Notes under the pieces: generated by a model | Told to the model about the DNA's origin: nothing | The model's database searches: none | Seen by the model: only the letters and a program-made list of their open reading frames with translations | Assembly (NCBI GenBank): GCA_035487095.1 | Contig: DATHMM010000063.1 | Location: forward strand, 42,769-106,768 | DNA from: Candidatus Sulfotelmatobacter sp. | Lineage (GTDB): Bacteria > Acidobacteriota > Terriglobia > Acidiferrales > UBA7541 | Length of the DNA: 64,000 nt | Reading direction: 5' to 3' | Program-made: the position numbers and the translations under genes | In this document: positions 28,997 through 38,282 of the stretch, in pieces | Layout: each line of letters begins with the position of its first letter | Position numbering within the stretch: position 1 is the stretch's first letter

Positions 28997-30043
28997 TCAG
29001 CGGCCCCCGTGTCCGCCCGGGTGTCCACCGTTCTCGTGCTCCTTCGGAGGCTGCTGATGATTTTGCTGCTGCGGATGCGACGAGTTCTGGTGATTGGCGT
29101 TGCCGCCCGAATTGTTCGAATGGTTGGCGTTCTGATTGTTCTGAGGCGAACTCTGCTGGGAGTGCTGCGAAAAATTCTGCTGGCCGGTATTCGGCCGGTT
29201 GGAATTGTTCTGATTGGACGAGCCGTTCGAACGCGCGCTGGGCGGACGGTCATTTTGCATTGAGCCGTTGTGATTGTTGTTCGCAGAGGAATTCGGCCGG
29301 TTGCCGTTGGAACCCTCGGAACGCGCCGCTACCACGCCCTGGCCATGGAATTGTCCCGGCCTCGCCGTAGCTGCAACGGCGGGGCTCCCGTGATTCTGAG
29401 AGGCCAGCATGGTGCGATCGCTGCGAGCCATCTGTTCGTGCTGGGTCTGCATAGAGGTGGCCGCGATGTGATGATCATGCTCGGCCGCAAGTTCCGCCGA
29501 GGTAGCGTGCGCCGTAACACCTCCCGCTCCGCCGTTATAGCTGACGCGATTTACGGTGACGTTGTTGTTGAAGACCGTCTTGTTCACATAGGTGTTGTGA
29601 ATCACAGTGGTGTTCACGTTGGTGACGGCCGTGTTGTAGTGGAAGGCCCCGCCGCGCCATTCGCCGCCGACGAATCCGACCCCACCGTAGCCGAAGCCAT
29701 AATTAATCCCGCCATAGAAACCCACGTGCGGGCCCCAATAGCCGGCGTGCCACAGATACGCTCCTCCGGCAAAACCCCAATACCCAGGAGTCCAAAGGAA
29801 GCCGGGCGTCGGCGCGACCACCCAGGTGCCCGGAACCCAGTAGTAACCGTCCGGCCCGTAGCCCCAGTAGCCGGGCGTCCAGATATAGCCTGCGGCAGGG
29901 CAGACCGGTTGGGCGTAAACGGGGAGCGCAGGCGGCCCGATGTGCACGGAAATGCCGACGGCGACCTGTGCGGGCACTGCGGCCGGAACTGCAAGAGAGA
30001 AAATCGCGAGCACAACCAATCCCATTATCTTTTTGATGGACAT
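28997..30043 (-). CDS. YXWGXW-repeat secreted protein with N/Q/H-rich disordered tail
   Basis: Signal peptide; PP.LPVY.QP.CP; repeated YIWTPGYW, YYWVPGTW, FLWTPGYW, YLWHAGYW. Confidence 0.9.
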   Translation of the reverse strand: MSIKKIMGLVVLAIFSLAVPAAVPAQVAVGISVHIGPPALPVYAQPVCPAAGYIWTPGYWGYGPDGYYWVPGTWVVAPTPGFLWTPGYWGFAGGAYLWHAGYWGPHVGFYGGINYGFGYGGVGFVGGEWRGGAFHYNTAVTNVNTTVIHNTYVNKTVFNNNVTVNRVSYNGGAGGVTAHATSAELAAEHDHHIAATSMQTQHEQMARSDRTMLASQNHGSPAVAATARPGQFHGQGVVAARSEGSNGNRPNSSANNNHNGSMQNDRPPSARSNGSSNQNNSNRPNTGQQNFSQHSQQSSPQNNQNANHSNNSGGNANHQNSSHPQQQNHQQPPKEHENGGHPGGHGGR

Positions 30044-30269
30044 GTTCGAATCCTCGCAAAATTGACTGCCGCCGACCGGGTGTGGCGGCTTCGAAAACGT
30101 GCAGTCTTGGTGCTGTTGAGAAGTTTAACACGCAGTCTTGGCAGAAGTTGCAGATCCGAGACTAACGATTGTTGAATCAATAACATGCAAGCAGTGAGGG
30201 GGAGGTCCGCTCCCCGCAAGGAAAGACGGGAGCCGTGGGGCACTTGGTCCTGACCGCCGACCGCGAGGC

Positions 30270-30596
30270 TTAGTCTCCCGTGACAAGGGACTTTCTGAAC
30301 CAGTTGCTAACCTCTCCGTGAAATTCCAACCCCAGGGCAAACCGGCCGTCCAGGAGGCGCTCGCAATAGACGACGCGCGCGTTCGCTTCCAACTCCCCGT
30401 CCGCGGATTTGATCAATATCCGTTCATTCAGCTCCCGGGCGTGCCGGACGAGAACACGCAACCCCAGAGAGCAGATGTTCTCGGTCGTCGAGCGTTCACC
30501 CGCAGACGGTTCCTGGAGGCTGGAAATCCTTACGGGTATGGCCAGCCGAGTCCTTTTTTCAAGTCGTCCAGACCGCAACGGCATTTGGTGACTCAC
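30270..30596 (-). CDS. PilZ domain protein
   Basis: RLEKR (RxxxR), TENICSLG (NxSxxG-like), ARVVYC...G.EF. Confidence 0.85.
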   Translation of the reverse strand: MSHQMPLRSGRLEKRTRLAIPVRISSLQEPSAGERSTTENICSLGLRVLVRHARELNERILIKSADGELEANARVVYCERLLDGRFALGLEFHGEVSNWFRKSLVTGD

Positions 30597-30692
30597 TTTC
30601 CAAACTGCCTTCGGAATTGCTGCACCGGGCTGGACGGGGCTGAAAGACCGAGTTCCTTCGCAGGGTTCTTAACGATAATGAAACATTAAAGA

Positions 30693-31565
30693 TCATGTTG
30701 CCTGGATCGTTTGGAGTACCGCCTCCGGCTCGGAGAGCCTGCTCAACCGGCGCCTCTTCTGCTCGTACATGGCCTGATCGGCGCGGACCATCCATTCTCC
30801 AATCGAAGCATTGCTGCAAATATTGATTCGCACGGCACCCAGGCTGAGATTAATCGCGTAACGGGACTCTCCCGCGTTAGCGGACCGCAGATCCTCGGCA
30901 AGCCTGGCCCGGATCGCCGCTTCACTGTTGTCAGAGGCCTCGATCGCCAGCACGGCGAACTCGTCTCCGCCCAACCGGGCAATCACGTCCGAATCGCGAA
31001 AGGTCATTTTCAGGGCCTTGGCCGTGCGCTTGAGGGTCAGGTCTCCCTCGCCATGGCCGAAGCAATCGTTAATGTGCTTCATGCCATCGACGTCCAGGAA
31101 GAAAAGAAGAATCCCACGCCCGGTGCGATGACCGATCTTCAACTGACGTTCGGCGATGGCCATGAAGCCCCGGCGGTTGCACAAGCCGGTAAGTTCATCG
31201 GTCAGCGCCAGGTTGCCCAGCTCCGCCTGCAGCATGTATTGCTTGGCCGCGCATTGCACCGCGCGCAGAAGCAATTTTTTCATTCGGCCGGCCTGGCCGT
31301 TGTCGAGCAACGGGTCGTCCTGCACTTTGCGCACGTCCTGGAGCAAACTGGCGAGCTCCCGGTTCGCATCGGACAGCAAGGTCTGGAAAATGGTTTCGTT
31401 GGCGATTTCTTCCCCTTGTTCCACAAGGCCGGAAACATCGCGCCGCAACTGCTCAGCGTCTTCCGTCATTCTCAACAACGCCGCGTCAAACGGGTATTTC
31501 TTCGATCGAAAATGTTCGGCCTGCTTGCTTGAGCCGCCGCGAACTTTGGTTTGTCCCTCGATCAT
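30693..31565 (-). CDS. Diguanylate cyclase (GGDEF) with N-terminal helical region
   Basis: TDELTGL.NRRGF, D.D.MK.IND.FGH..GD, RDSD I-site, intact GGDEF, ADQAMY..K. Start inferred from GAAGGA RBS. Confidence 0.9.
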   Translation of the reverse strand: MIEGQTKVRGGSSKQAEHFRSKKYPFDAALLRMTEDAEQLRRDVSGLVEQGEEIANETIFQTLLSDANRELASLLQDVRKVQDDPLLDNGQAGRMKKLLLRAVQCAAKQYMLQAELGNLALTDELTGLCNRRGFMAIAERQLKIGHRTGRGILLFFLDVDGMKHINDCFGHGEGDLTLKRTAKALKMTFRDSDVIARLGGDEFAVLAIEASDNSEAAIRARLAEDLRSANAGESRYAINLSLGAVRINICSNASIGEWMVRADQAMYEQKRRRLSRLSEPEAVLQTIQAT

Positions 31566-31678
31566 CGCGTTTTGTCCTTCAGCCCCGACCATCCTTCGGC
31601 TGGCTGCTCCTGGGCCATTTCCAGGGAAACGTTTCGCACAAAACGCCCGGGAAGCCCTCTTCATGCTCCGTGCGGGAT

Positions 31679-31894
31679 TCAATGGCCCGCTTCCATCTGA
31701 TCTGTCGCCAGCCTGCAAATTCGCCGCAACTCCTCGTAAGTGAAGTACATCTCTTCTTCTCTGCCGGCGCGCTCCAGGTGGCCTATTCCAGTTTCAACGG
31801 AAATTCGGCGCAATTCGGATTCAGGGATGCCCAGCAGATAGGAGGCTCTTGCTTGGGTCACAAATTTCGGGACATCGTTATTCAATTCGTTCAT
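31679..31894 (-). CDS. Small MerR/excisionase-like HTH protein (71 aa)
   Basis: FVT...AS.LLGIP...LRR ... YFTYEELRRI pattern; GAGG RBS. Confidence 0.6.
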   Translation of the reverse strand: MNELNNDVPKFVTQARASYLLGIPESELRRISVETGIGHLERAGREEEMYFTYEELRRICRLATDQMEAGH

Positions 31895-32171
31895 GGCCTC
31901 GCCCAATCCGCACGATTGCAACTGCCCGTCCTGCATGCACCGCGGCTGCACCCTGCCGTGAAACTCGTTACCGCACCTTCTCCCAGTGTCTCGCTCTGCG
32001 AACGTGAGTTGGTCCGCCTCCGTGACTGAGTCGTTCGGTTCTCGGGGTGATTGAGGTGGGAGCCCAATCCACGGAGGCGGCCCGCTCTCGTAGTGACAAG
32101 ATAGCGGGGCGGGGAATAACAACAATTCGGAAATTCACCCATTTCGAAACCCGGTAAACACCCCACACCCT

Positions 32172-32187
32172 TCAGGTGAAGACCTGA
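32172..32187. promoter_or_regulatory. Palindrome TCAGGT-N4-ACCTGA, candidate regulator site
   Basis: Matches 5303-5318 at 14/16. A degenerate copy lies 22 bp away (32150-32165). Confidence 0.45.
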
Positions 32188-32461
32188 CGCGCCGGAAGTT
32201 CCAAAAGCGAGCCGGTGCTGATGAGCATTGCTCTGTTTTGCTCCTGCGGCAGGCCGGGCTGGCCCCCATGTGGACACAAACTATCGCCAGGATTAGAAGA
32301 ACCGGAACCTGGGAATTGGGGGGGGTGGCGAAATCGCCGCCGGCCCCCGGTCAAGCCATAGAAAACAAATGCTCTAAAGGATTGTGCGAAATCCCCGCCG
32401 CCGCCCGCTTCCTGGCCTCCAGAGTGCATCCTTTATTGGTGTTCATGCGGTTGGAGGGACA

Positions 32462-33076
32462 ATGAACAAATACCGCATCACCTGTCTGGCGGGCATCATG
32501 CTGCTCGGGTTAGTTCTGAGCGACACGGCGCGCGCCGACAGCTTTACCTACGACAGCATCGTATTCACGGGCTCGGTTACCAGCACCACCGCAACGTTGA
32601 CGATCCAGTGCACGGACGCCACTGTTTGCAGCGGGTTCTATCTGGGCGATGTGACCCTGAAGGGGTTCAACTATTCAGGATCACCGATCCCGGTTTCCGC
32701 GCCCGCCGGCTACGATGCACTGGCCGGGGGGCAAAACAATAGCGGGGTTGGATCGGGAGGTGGTTGCGATGGGAGCGATACATCTGGCGCTGTCTGCTGG
32801 GATGGGTCGTTGCCGTTGACCACCCAACTCGGAACAGCTCTATACACTTTCAGCGTCAGCATCGAGGACGGCACTGTGAGTGGACCTCTTCACGTTCAGG
32901 CGACGGGATACTCGAACGCCAATGGCATACAACCAGGCGGAGGAAAGGGCTTCGCAGTTTCGAACGACCTTTCGTCCTCCTCGACAACCTCTGCGCCGGA
33001 ACCTGGCACCTTCACGCTGTTTAGCGCCGGATTACTTGCAATGGTCCTGCTTCGCCGCAAGGCCCGTGCAGCGTAA
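32462..33076 (+). CDS. PEP-CTERM sorting domain protein
   Basis: GGAGG RBS; signal peptide ending ARAD; C-terminal APEPGT + TM + RRK. Confidence 0.9.
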   Translation: MNKYRITCLAGIMLLGLVLSDTARADSFTYDSIVFTGSVTSTTATLTIQCTDATVCSGFYLGDVTLKGFNYSGSPIPVSAPAGYDALAGGQNNSGVGSGGGCDGSDTSGAVCWDGSLPLTTQLGTALYTFSVSIEDGTVSGPLHVQATGYSNANGIQPGGGKGFAVSNDLSSSSTTSAPEPGTFTLFSAGLLAMVLLRRKARAA

Positions 33077-33106
33077 CCGGTTTCTCCAATAATTGCTCAC
33101 TCTCCC

Positions 33107-33142
33107 AACCCCGCGCCTTGCACCTGCGCGGGGTTTTCGTTT
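33107..33142 (+). terminator. Rho-independent terminator
   Basis: AACCCCGCGC-loop-GCGCGGGGTT followed by TTCGTTT. Confidence 0.7.
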
Positions 33143-33322
33143 CCATTCTTCGCGTATCGAATTCCGCCGAATTGCATCAAATCAACCGGCCCCATTCAAA
33201 TTCCAGGAATCGAAGAAATGTGCGCGCGAACCATGCCACTGCTGCAGGGCAACGCGGACGTTGTGCGGGCACAGTCTTTTCGCAGAGCGCAACATCGTGT
33301 TATACCGAGGTGAGCCAATAAC

Positions 33323-33787
33323 ATGACGAACTACAACAAGAATCCTGAAGCAATTTCGCAGCTTTCTCCCGAGCAGTATCGTGTGACCCAGCGCGACGGC
33401 ACCGAACGCCCGTTCCAGAACGCTTATTGGGACAACAAAGAGCCAGGTATCTACGTGGATGTCGTCTCCGGCGAGCCGCTGTTCGCTTCGATCCACAAGT
33501 TCGAAAGCGGCACCGGCTGGCCAAGCTTCACGAAACCGCTCGAGTCTGAGAATGTGGTCGAGAACACCGATATCAGCCACGGCATGACGCGGACCGAGGT
33601 GCGGTCAACTCATGGCGACAGCCACCTTGGGCACCTTTTCCCCGACGGGCCGCGCGAGGAGGGCGGATTGCGCTACTGCATCAATTCGGCCTCGCTGCGA
33701 TTCATTCCCCTGGATGAACTTGAAAGCGAGGGCTATGGCGAGTACCTTAAACTATTCGACGCCAGGCAGAAGGGAGCATCGAAATGA
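33323..33787 (+). CDS. msrB: Peptide-methionine (R)-S-oxide reductase
   Basis: [45 protein letters not shown]. Confidence 0.96.
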   Translation: MTNYNKNPEAISQLSPEQYRVTQRDGTERPFQNAYWDNKEPGIYVDVVSGEPLFASIHKFESGTGWPSFTKPLESENVVENTDISHGMTRTEVRSTHGDSHLGHLFPDGPREEGGLRYCINSASLRFIPLDELESEGYGEYLKLFDARQKGASK

Positions 33788-34308
33788 GCGGACCAACCGA
33801 ACAAGCGATTCTTGCGGGTGGTTGCTTCTGGGGAATGCAGGATTTGCTGCGCCGCCACCCTGGCGTGATTTCCACGCGGGTTGGGTACTCGGGCGGCGAC
33901 GTGCCGAACGCAACGTACCGCAATCATGGGACCCACGCAGAGGCGATTGAGATTATTTTCGATCCGCAGAAGTTAAGTTACCGGAAACTCCTCGAGGTTT
34001 TCTTTCAGATTCACGACCCGACCACGCCGAACCGCCAGGGCAACGACCGCGGAACCAGCTATCGGTCCGCTATCTTTTACTCCAGCGACGAGCAAAAACA
34101 GATCGCCAACGACACCATCGCCGACGTCAACGCGTCCGGGCTTTGGCCCGGAAAAGTGGTTACCGAAGTGGCTCCCGCGGGCCCTTTCTGGGAAGCCGAG
34201 CCGGAGCACCAGGACTACCTCGAGAAATTTCCCAACGGCTACACCTGCCATTTCGTTCGGCCTGACTGGAAGCTTCCGAGCCGCGCGGAAACTGCTCGCG
34301 TGAAATAA
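33784..34308 (+). CDS. msrA: Peptide-methionine (S)-S-oxide reductase
   Basis: GGCFWG, HAEA, HDPTT.NRQGND.G.SYRSAIF, AE.EHQDYL, GYTCH; 4-nt overlap with msrB. Confidence 0.96.
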   Translation: MSGPTEQAILAGGCFWGMQDLLRRHPGVISTRVGYSGGDVPNATYRNHGTHAEAIEIIFDPQKLSYRKLLEVFFQIHDPTTPNRQGNDRGTSYRSAIFYSSDEQKQIANDTIADVNASGLWPGKVVTEVAPAGPFWEAEPEHQDYLEKFPNGYTCHFVRPDWKLPSRAETARVK

Positions 34309-34406
34309 GCAGCAAGCGCCCCGGACCAACGCTTAGGACCTCAACCTGCCCGCGAGTTTAGCCGCATGCGGGACTTTCCCCCTCTTGGAATTTCAACTTT
34401 GCGAAT

Positions 34407-34446
34407 AAAAAACGGAGCCGCGACCTTTTGGGTCACGGCTCCGTTT
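34407..34446 (-). terminator. Rho-independent terminator for the TonB receptor gene
   Basis: AAACGGAGCCG.GACC / GGTC.CGGCTCCGTTT long stem; A6 on + gives the U-tail on -. Confidence 0.8.
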
Positions 34447-34481
34447 GGGGTGGGGGTACGCTGAGCGACCCGGTAGGGCCG

Positions 34482-37400
34482 TCAGAAAGTGTATTTCAAA
34501 CCAAACTGAATTTGACGGGCACCCTGTGACGTAAAGATCTCGCCATAGTTCGTGGCGCCCGCTGTGTGCTGCCCGCTGAACTCCTGTCCGAAATTAAAGT
34601 TCGGCGTATTCGTAAAATTGAGGGCATCCATTCGGAACTCAAGAGCATGCCGCTCTGTGAAGTGGAAGTCCTTCGCGATGCTGAGATCGGCGTCTTTGTA
34701 TCCGGGGCCATCGAAAGCGCCAACCGGGCAATTGCCAAACGTTCCTGCCGCAGGGGCCGTTACGGCAGCTGGATTCAGGAAGGTGACACCGCCGGTAGTG
34801 GGGTCAAAGGTCATGGGCACACGAGAGGAGACCCCTTTGACGCAATTCGGGCGCGTCGAGAACCCACCGGTGCCGGAAGTATCGCTGCTGGCAAAAACTG
34901 TTTGCGCAAAGCCGGAGTGGAATACAAAACTGGAGCTTACGCGCCAACCGCCAATCACGTAGTTCAAGGCGTTGCCTACACTACTGGCATAACGCCGGCC
35001 ATGTCCGAAGGGCAGTTCGTAGACCACGTATCCGTTGAACAACGAAGCGATATTCTGCGGACACTTGCCGTAGTCGCCCCCCTGATTATAAGGATTTTGC
35101 GGGAACGCCCAGCCTGCGATGGTTTGCGCTTCGGTGGCAACGTTATCGCCAAACTGGCCGAAGAACCCGGGCGTGTCGCTCAGGCATTTGGACCAGGTGT
35201 AGTTGACTTGCGCCTGCAGGCCGTTGGTGAAGCGCTCCTGAAGGACCAGCTGCAGTGCGTTGTAAGTGCTGATTCCATTGGAGAGGGTATACCGCGCTTG
35301 CCCAACTTCGCCGAGCAATGTCGGATTCAGGAACGGCGAGGGAGTGATGGTGCCATTCGGGTTGAGTTGATTCTGTTGCAGCATGATGATGTTGGACAGG
35401 TGCTGGTTGCTTTGGCCAACGTAGCCGGCTTGAACCGTGGTGGAATTACCGAACTGACGCTGGATATTCAGGTTCCATTGGTAGTGCACGGCGGGGCGAA
35501 GGTTATTGTCAAAGGCGTGGATGTTCACACCCTTGAAGCAAATGGGATCGAAAACAACCGCGAGCGCCAGCGTGCAGCCGGTCGGAAAACCGACAAAGCC
35601 CTGGTCCAGAGTGCTTCCGGGAAGGGCGGTGGTCGGCGCGAAAGTGACGTTGTGCGCGGTCTCAAAAGGTGGATTCTGGGTGAGCAGATTGTTCACGCCG
35701 TTGCTCTCGGTGAAGTTTGACACTCCGAAAGCGGCGCGGATTACCGTATTTTTCAGGAAGTCCGGCTGCCACGCGAGACCGATGCGCGGCTGAAAGTTCG
35801 TGATGCCGTTATACTGCTTGTATAGAGCACCAGACCCATTGTTCGTCGTGGGAGTGATGATTGCCCCGCCAAACAGCCCGTAATTGACCGCGTTGCCTTC
35901 TGCCGCGGCCCGGGGAGTGTTCACCTCCCAACGAAGACCGAGGTTCAAGGTCAAATCGCGGCGAAGCCGCCAACTGTCTTGTCCATAGACGGCATAGATG
36001 CTGTTTTGCATGTGGCGATTTCCCGCTCCTGCGCCAATGCCAAGGTTGTTTGGAAGGCCGAGCAGAAAATCAGCTAGTCCCGCGCCGGGCGCAGTTCCTC
36101 CGGGGCCATTACCGGTGTATTGGCCGTTGAAATTGAAGAAGCCTGCCAAGCCTTCATTGCCGGGATACAGGAAGTTGTCCCGGTAGCGATTGAACTGAAA
36201 ACCAAAATGCAGCTCGTGGTTGTTATATGTCTTTGAGACGGTGTCGCCAACCTGAATGACGGTGTCGGCAAATGTGTTGAACTGGGCCAGGTTGTTGGCG
36301 ATATTGGCCACGTTGCCAAAGAGGCCTTGCAACGAAGGAAGGAAGGAACTGCTCGAGCCCGGAATGCCAAACATCTGCGGCAGGTTCTGGCCGGTCGGAT
36401 TGGTATAACCCTGGCTGACTGGGAAGTAGCTAAGACCCATCCGAAAGTCGTTGAGCAGCGATGGGCTGAGCGTGTGGGTCCAATCGATAACACCGCTGCG
36501 CAACGGGTAGGTAAAGTCCGTGAAACCGTTGTTGGCGAGAAGGTACGTTTGGGTGGTCGGATTGCGAACGGATTGCTGCGAATAGCGGCCAGAGACGTGA
36601 TCCTCATCGGTGGGAACCCAATCAATCTTGAAGTCACCCTGATCGGCGCTGTTGCTAACGCGCTGCTGGTAATTCAAGATGTTAGTTCCCGGGACGCTGG
36701 GCATCGGATAGAGGGCCGAAGTAACGACGGCCACAGCCGCTGGACTGAGCGTCAAGCCGTCAGCCGTCAAATTGTTGAAAGGAATCGCGGCGCGAGCCGC
36801 GGGAGCAACACCAGTTTGAGGAGCATAAAGTTGTTGGGCCGCGTTGGCACATATGCCTGTGGCGCTAAATCCGGCCGTACACAACGCGCCAAAATCGCCT
36901 CCGCGCTCAGCACCGGTCAGGACATTCACGTTCTGCGTGGAGGTAGTCGGGTTGCGCAATCCCTCATAGTCGGCAAAAAAGAAAAGCCGATTCTTGATGA
37001 TTGGCCCGCCAACGAGGGCTCCAAATTGATTGAAACGCAAGGAGGCCCTCGGAATTTGGTTGTTCGGATTGATCTTGTTGCTCCATTCGTTGGCGTTCAG
37101 GCCGCTGTTGCGGAGAAACTCGAAGGCGCCACCGTGGTAGTCATTGGTTCCGGACTTGATGGAGGTATTCAGAATGCCCCCGAGGAAGTTGCCAAATTCA
37201 GCAGACGGGTTCTGCGTGATGAGGTTAACTTCCTGAATGGCGTCCGGACTCGGCGAGTACGCTACTTCATTGTTGTCGTGCTGATTGTTGTCCAGTCCGT
37301 CGAGAATATAGTTGCTGGTCTGCTCGCGGTTCCCGTTTATGTACGGACGGCCGACCTGAAACGTATTTTGTCCGGAAGTGAAAGCTCCAGGATTGGTGCT

Positions 37401-37907
37401 GACGACGCCCGGAGCGAGCAGAGTGAGTTCACCATAGTTCCGCGTGATAAGAGGGATGCTCTCGGTCACCACGTGATCCAGATGCGTGCTCAGTTCAGTG
37501 GTCTCTGTCTGCAGCAGGGGCGTAGCACCGGTAATTTCCACTGTTTCGGAGACCGTGCCGACCACCAACTGCACGTCCACGCGCGCGACCTGATTTAGCA
37601 CCAGTTCGAATGCGGGCCGCACTGAGGTGCGGAACCCTTTCGCTTCGACTTTGATTTCGTATCGGCCGATCGCCAAACGCGTGAGATAGTAAATGCCGTC
37701 CGCGTTCGACTCGGTAGGATAAGTAACGTCACGCGCGACATCGCGCGCCGTGACGCTTGCGCCCGCAATGGGCGAGCCGCTGGGATCGGTTACCGTGCCG
37801 GTGATGGCGGCGGTCACTTCCTGTCCCCAGGCAAGATGTGCGCCGCAGGTGAGCGCCAGCAGCAGCATCACGACAAGTGCTATTCCCACAGCCTTGCTGT
37901 TCTTCAT
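34482..37907 (-). CDS. TonB-dependent receptor (carboxypeptidase-regulatory N-domain, Oar-like), amino-sugar locus
   Basis: GGAGG RBS; signal peptide; ITGTVTDPSG..I.GA.V; DAIQE...T....AEFG; KSGTN.YHG; QD.W; C-terminal RQIQFGLKYTF. Confidence 0.92.
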   Translation of the reverse strand: MKNSKAVGIALVVMLLLALTCGAHLAWGQEVTAAITGTVTDPSGSPIAGASVTARDVARDVTYPTESNADGIYYLTRLAIGRYEIKVEAKGFRTSVRPAFELVLNQVARVDVQLVVGTVSETVEITGATPLLQTETTELSTHLDHVVTESIPLITRNYGELTLLAPGVVSTNPGAFTSGQNTFQVGRPYINGNREQTSNYILDGLDNNQHDNNEVAYSPSPDAIQEVNLITQNPSAEFGNFLGGILNTSIKSGTNDYHGGAFEFLRNSGLNANEWSNKINPNNQIPRASLRFNQFGALVGGPIIKNRLFFFADYEGLRNPTTSTQNVNVLTGAERGGDFGALCTAGFSATGICANAAQQLYAPQTGVAPAARAAIPFNNLTADGLTLSPAAVAVVTSALYPMPSVPGTNILNYQQRVSNSADQGDFKIDWVPTDEDHVSGRYSQQSVRNPTTQTYLLANNGFTDFTYPLRSGVIDWTHTLSPSLLNDFRMGLSYFPVSQGYTNPTGQNLPQMFGIPGSSSSFLPSLQGLFGNVANIANNLAQFNTFADTVIQVGDTVSKTYNNHELHFGFQFNRYRDNFLYPGNEGLAGFFNFNGQYTGNGPGGTAPGAGLADFLLGLPNNLGIGAGAGNRHMQNSIYAVYGQDSWRLRRDLTLNLGLRWEVNTPRAAAEGNAVNYGLFGGAIITPTTNNGSGALYKQYNGITNFQPRIGLAWQPDFLKNTVIRAAFGVSNFTESNGVNNLLTQNPPFETAHNVTFAPTTALPGSTLDQGFVGFPTGCTLALAVVFDPICFKGVNIHAFDNNLRPAVHYQWNLNIQRQFGNSTTVQAGYVGQSNQHLSNIIMLQQNQLNPNGTITPSPFLNPTLLGEVGQARYTLSNGISTYNALQLVLQERFTNGLQAQVNYTWSKCLSDTPGFFGQFGDNVATEAQTIAGWAFPQNPYNQGGDYGKCPQNIASLFNGYVVYELPFGHGRRYASSVGNALNYVIGGWRVSSSFVFHSGFAQTVFASSDTSGTGGFSTRPNCVKGVSSRVPMTFDPTTGGVTFLNPAAVTAPAAGTFGNCPVGAFDGPGYKDADLSIAKDFHFTERHALEFRMDALNFTNTPNFNFGQEFSGQHTAGATNYGEIFTSQGARQIQFGLKYTF

Positions 37908-37994
37908 TGCAAATCCTCCGATTCGCGTGCCGCGGATTCCCAACGGTCCCGCGATCTGTTCGTTTCTCCCCGACAACCGCCTGCACCCTTATCC

Positions 37995-38116
37995 GCTATA
38001 TGGCCCGATGCTGTGTAGCTATATAGCGCCAGATTACAGTTGTCAATAGGAAAATTATGATTTATAAAGGAGCAGCTCATGGTGCACTATAGCGGCATGC
38101 CTTATCGCTCTATATC
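37995..38116. promoter_or_regulatory. Four GCTATATAGC-like operator boxes and a sigma70-type promoter (- strand TTGACA-N17-TATAGC)
   Basis: Boxes at 37995, 38018, 38084 and 38107, two pairs each 23 bp apart. TTGACA at 38046-38041; the -10 overlaps box 2. Confidence 0.65.
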
Positions 38117-38282
38117 ACCATGACCGTTCCACGGGCCCGGCGCCAGGTATCCACGCCGCAGCCCCAGGCCGCCAAGAAGCGGAAACCAGTGCGCGCACGC
38201 AGCCGGTGCAATTTTCCAGCGCGCTTGTGGGCTTGTTTTTGCAGTTCTTGGAGTACGCTAGCCATAATCGTCGGGGGAAAGC

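Noticed and set aside
31895-32461. Possible c-di-GMP riboswitch upstream of the DGC operon or PEP-CTERM gene
   Set aside because: I could not find the GEMM hallmark motifs by eye; an Rfam/Infernal scan would settle it.
34566-37598. Long plus-strand ORFs (384 aa and 423 aa)
   Set aside because: Antisense to the TonB-dependent receptor gene; no domain signal.
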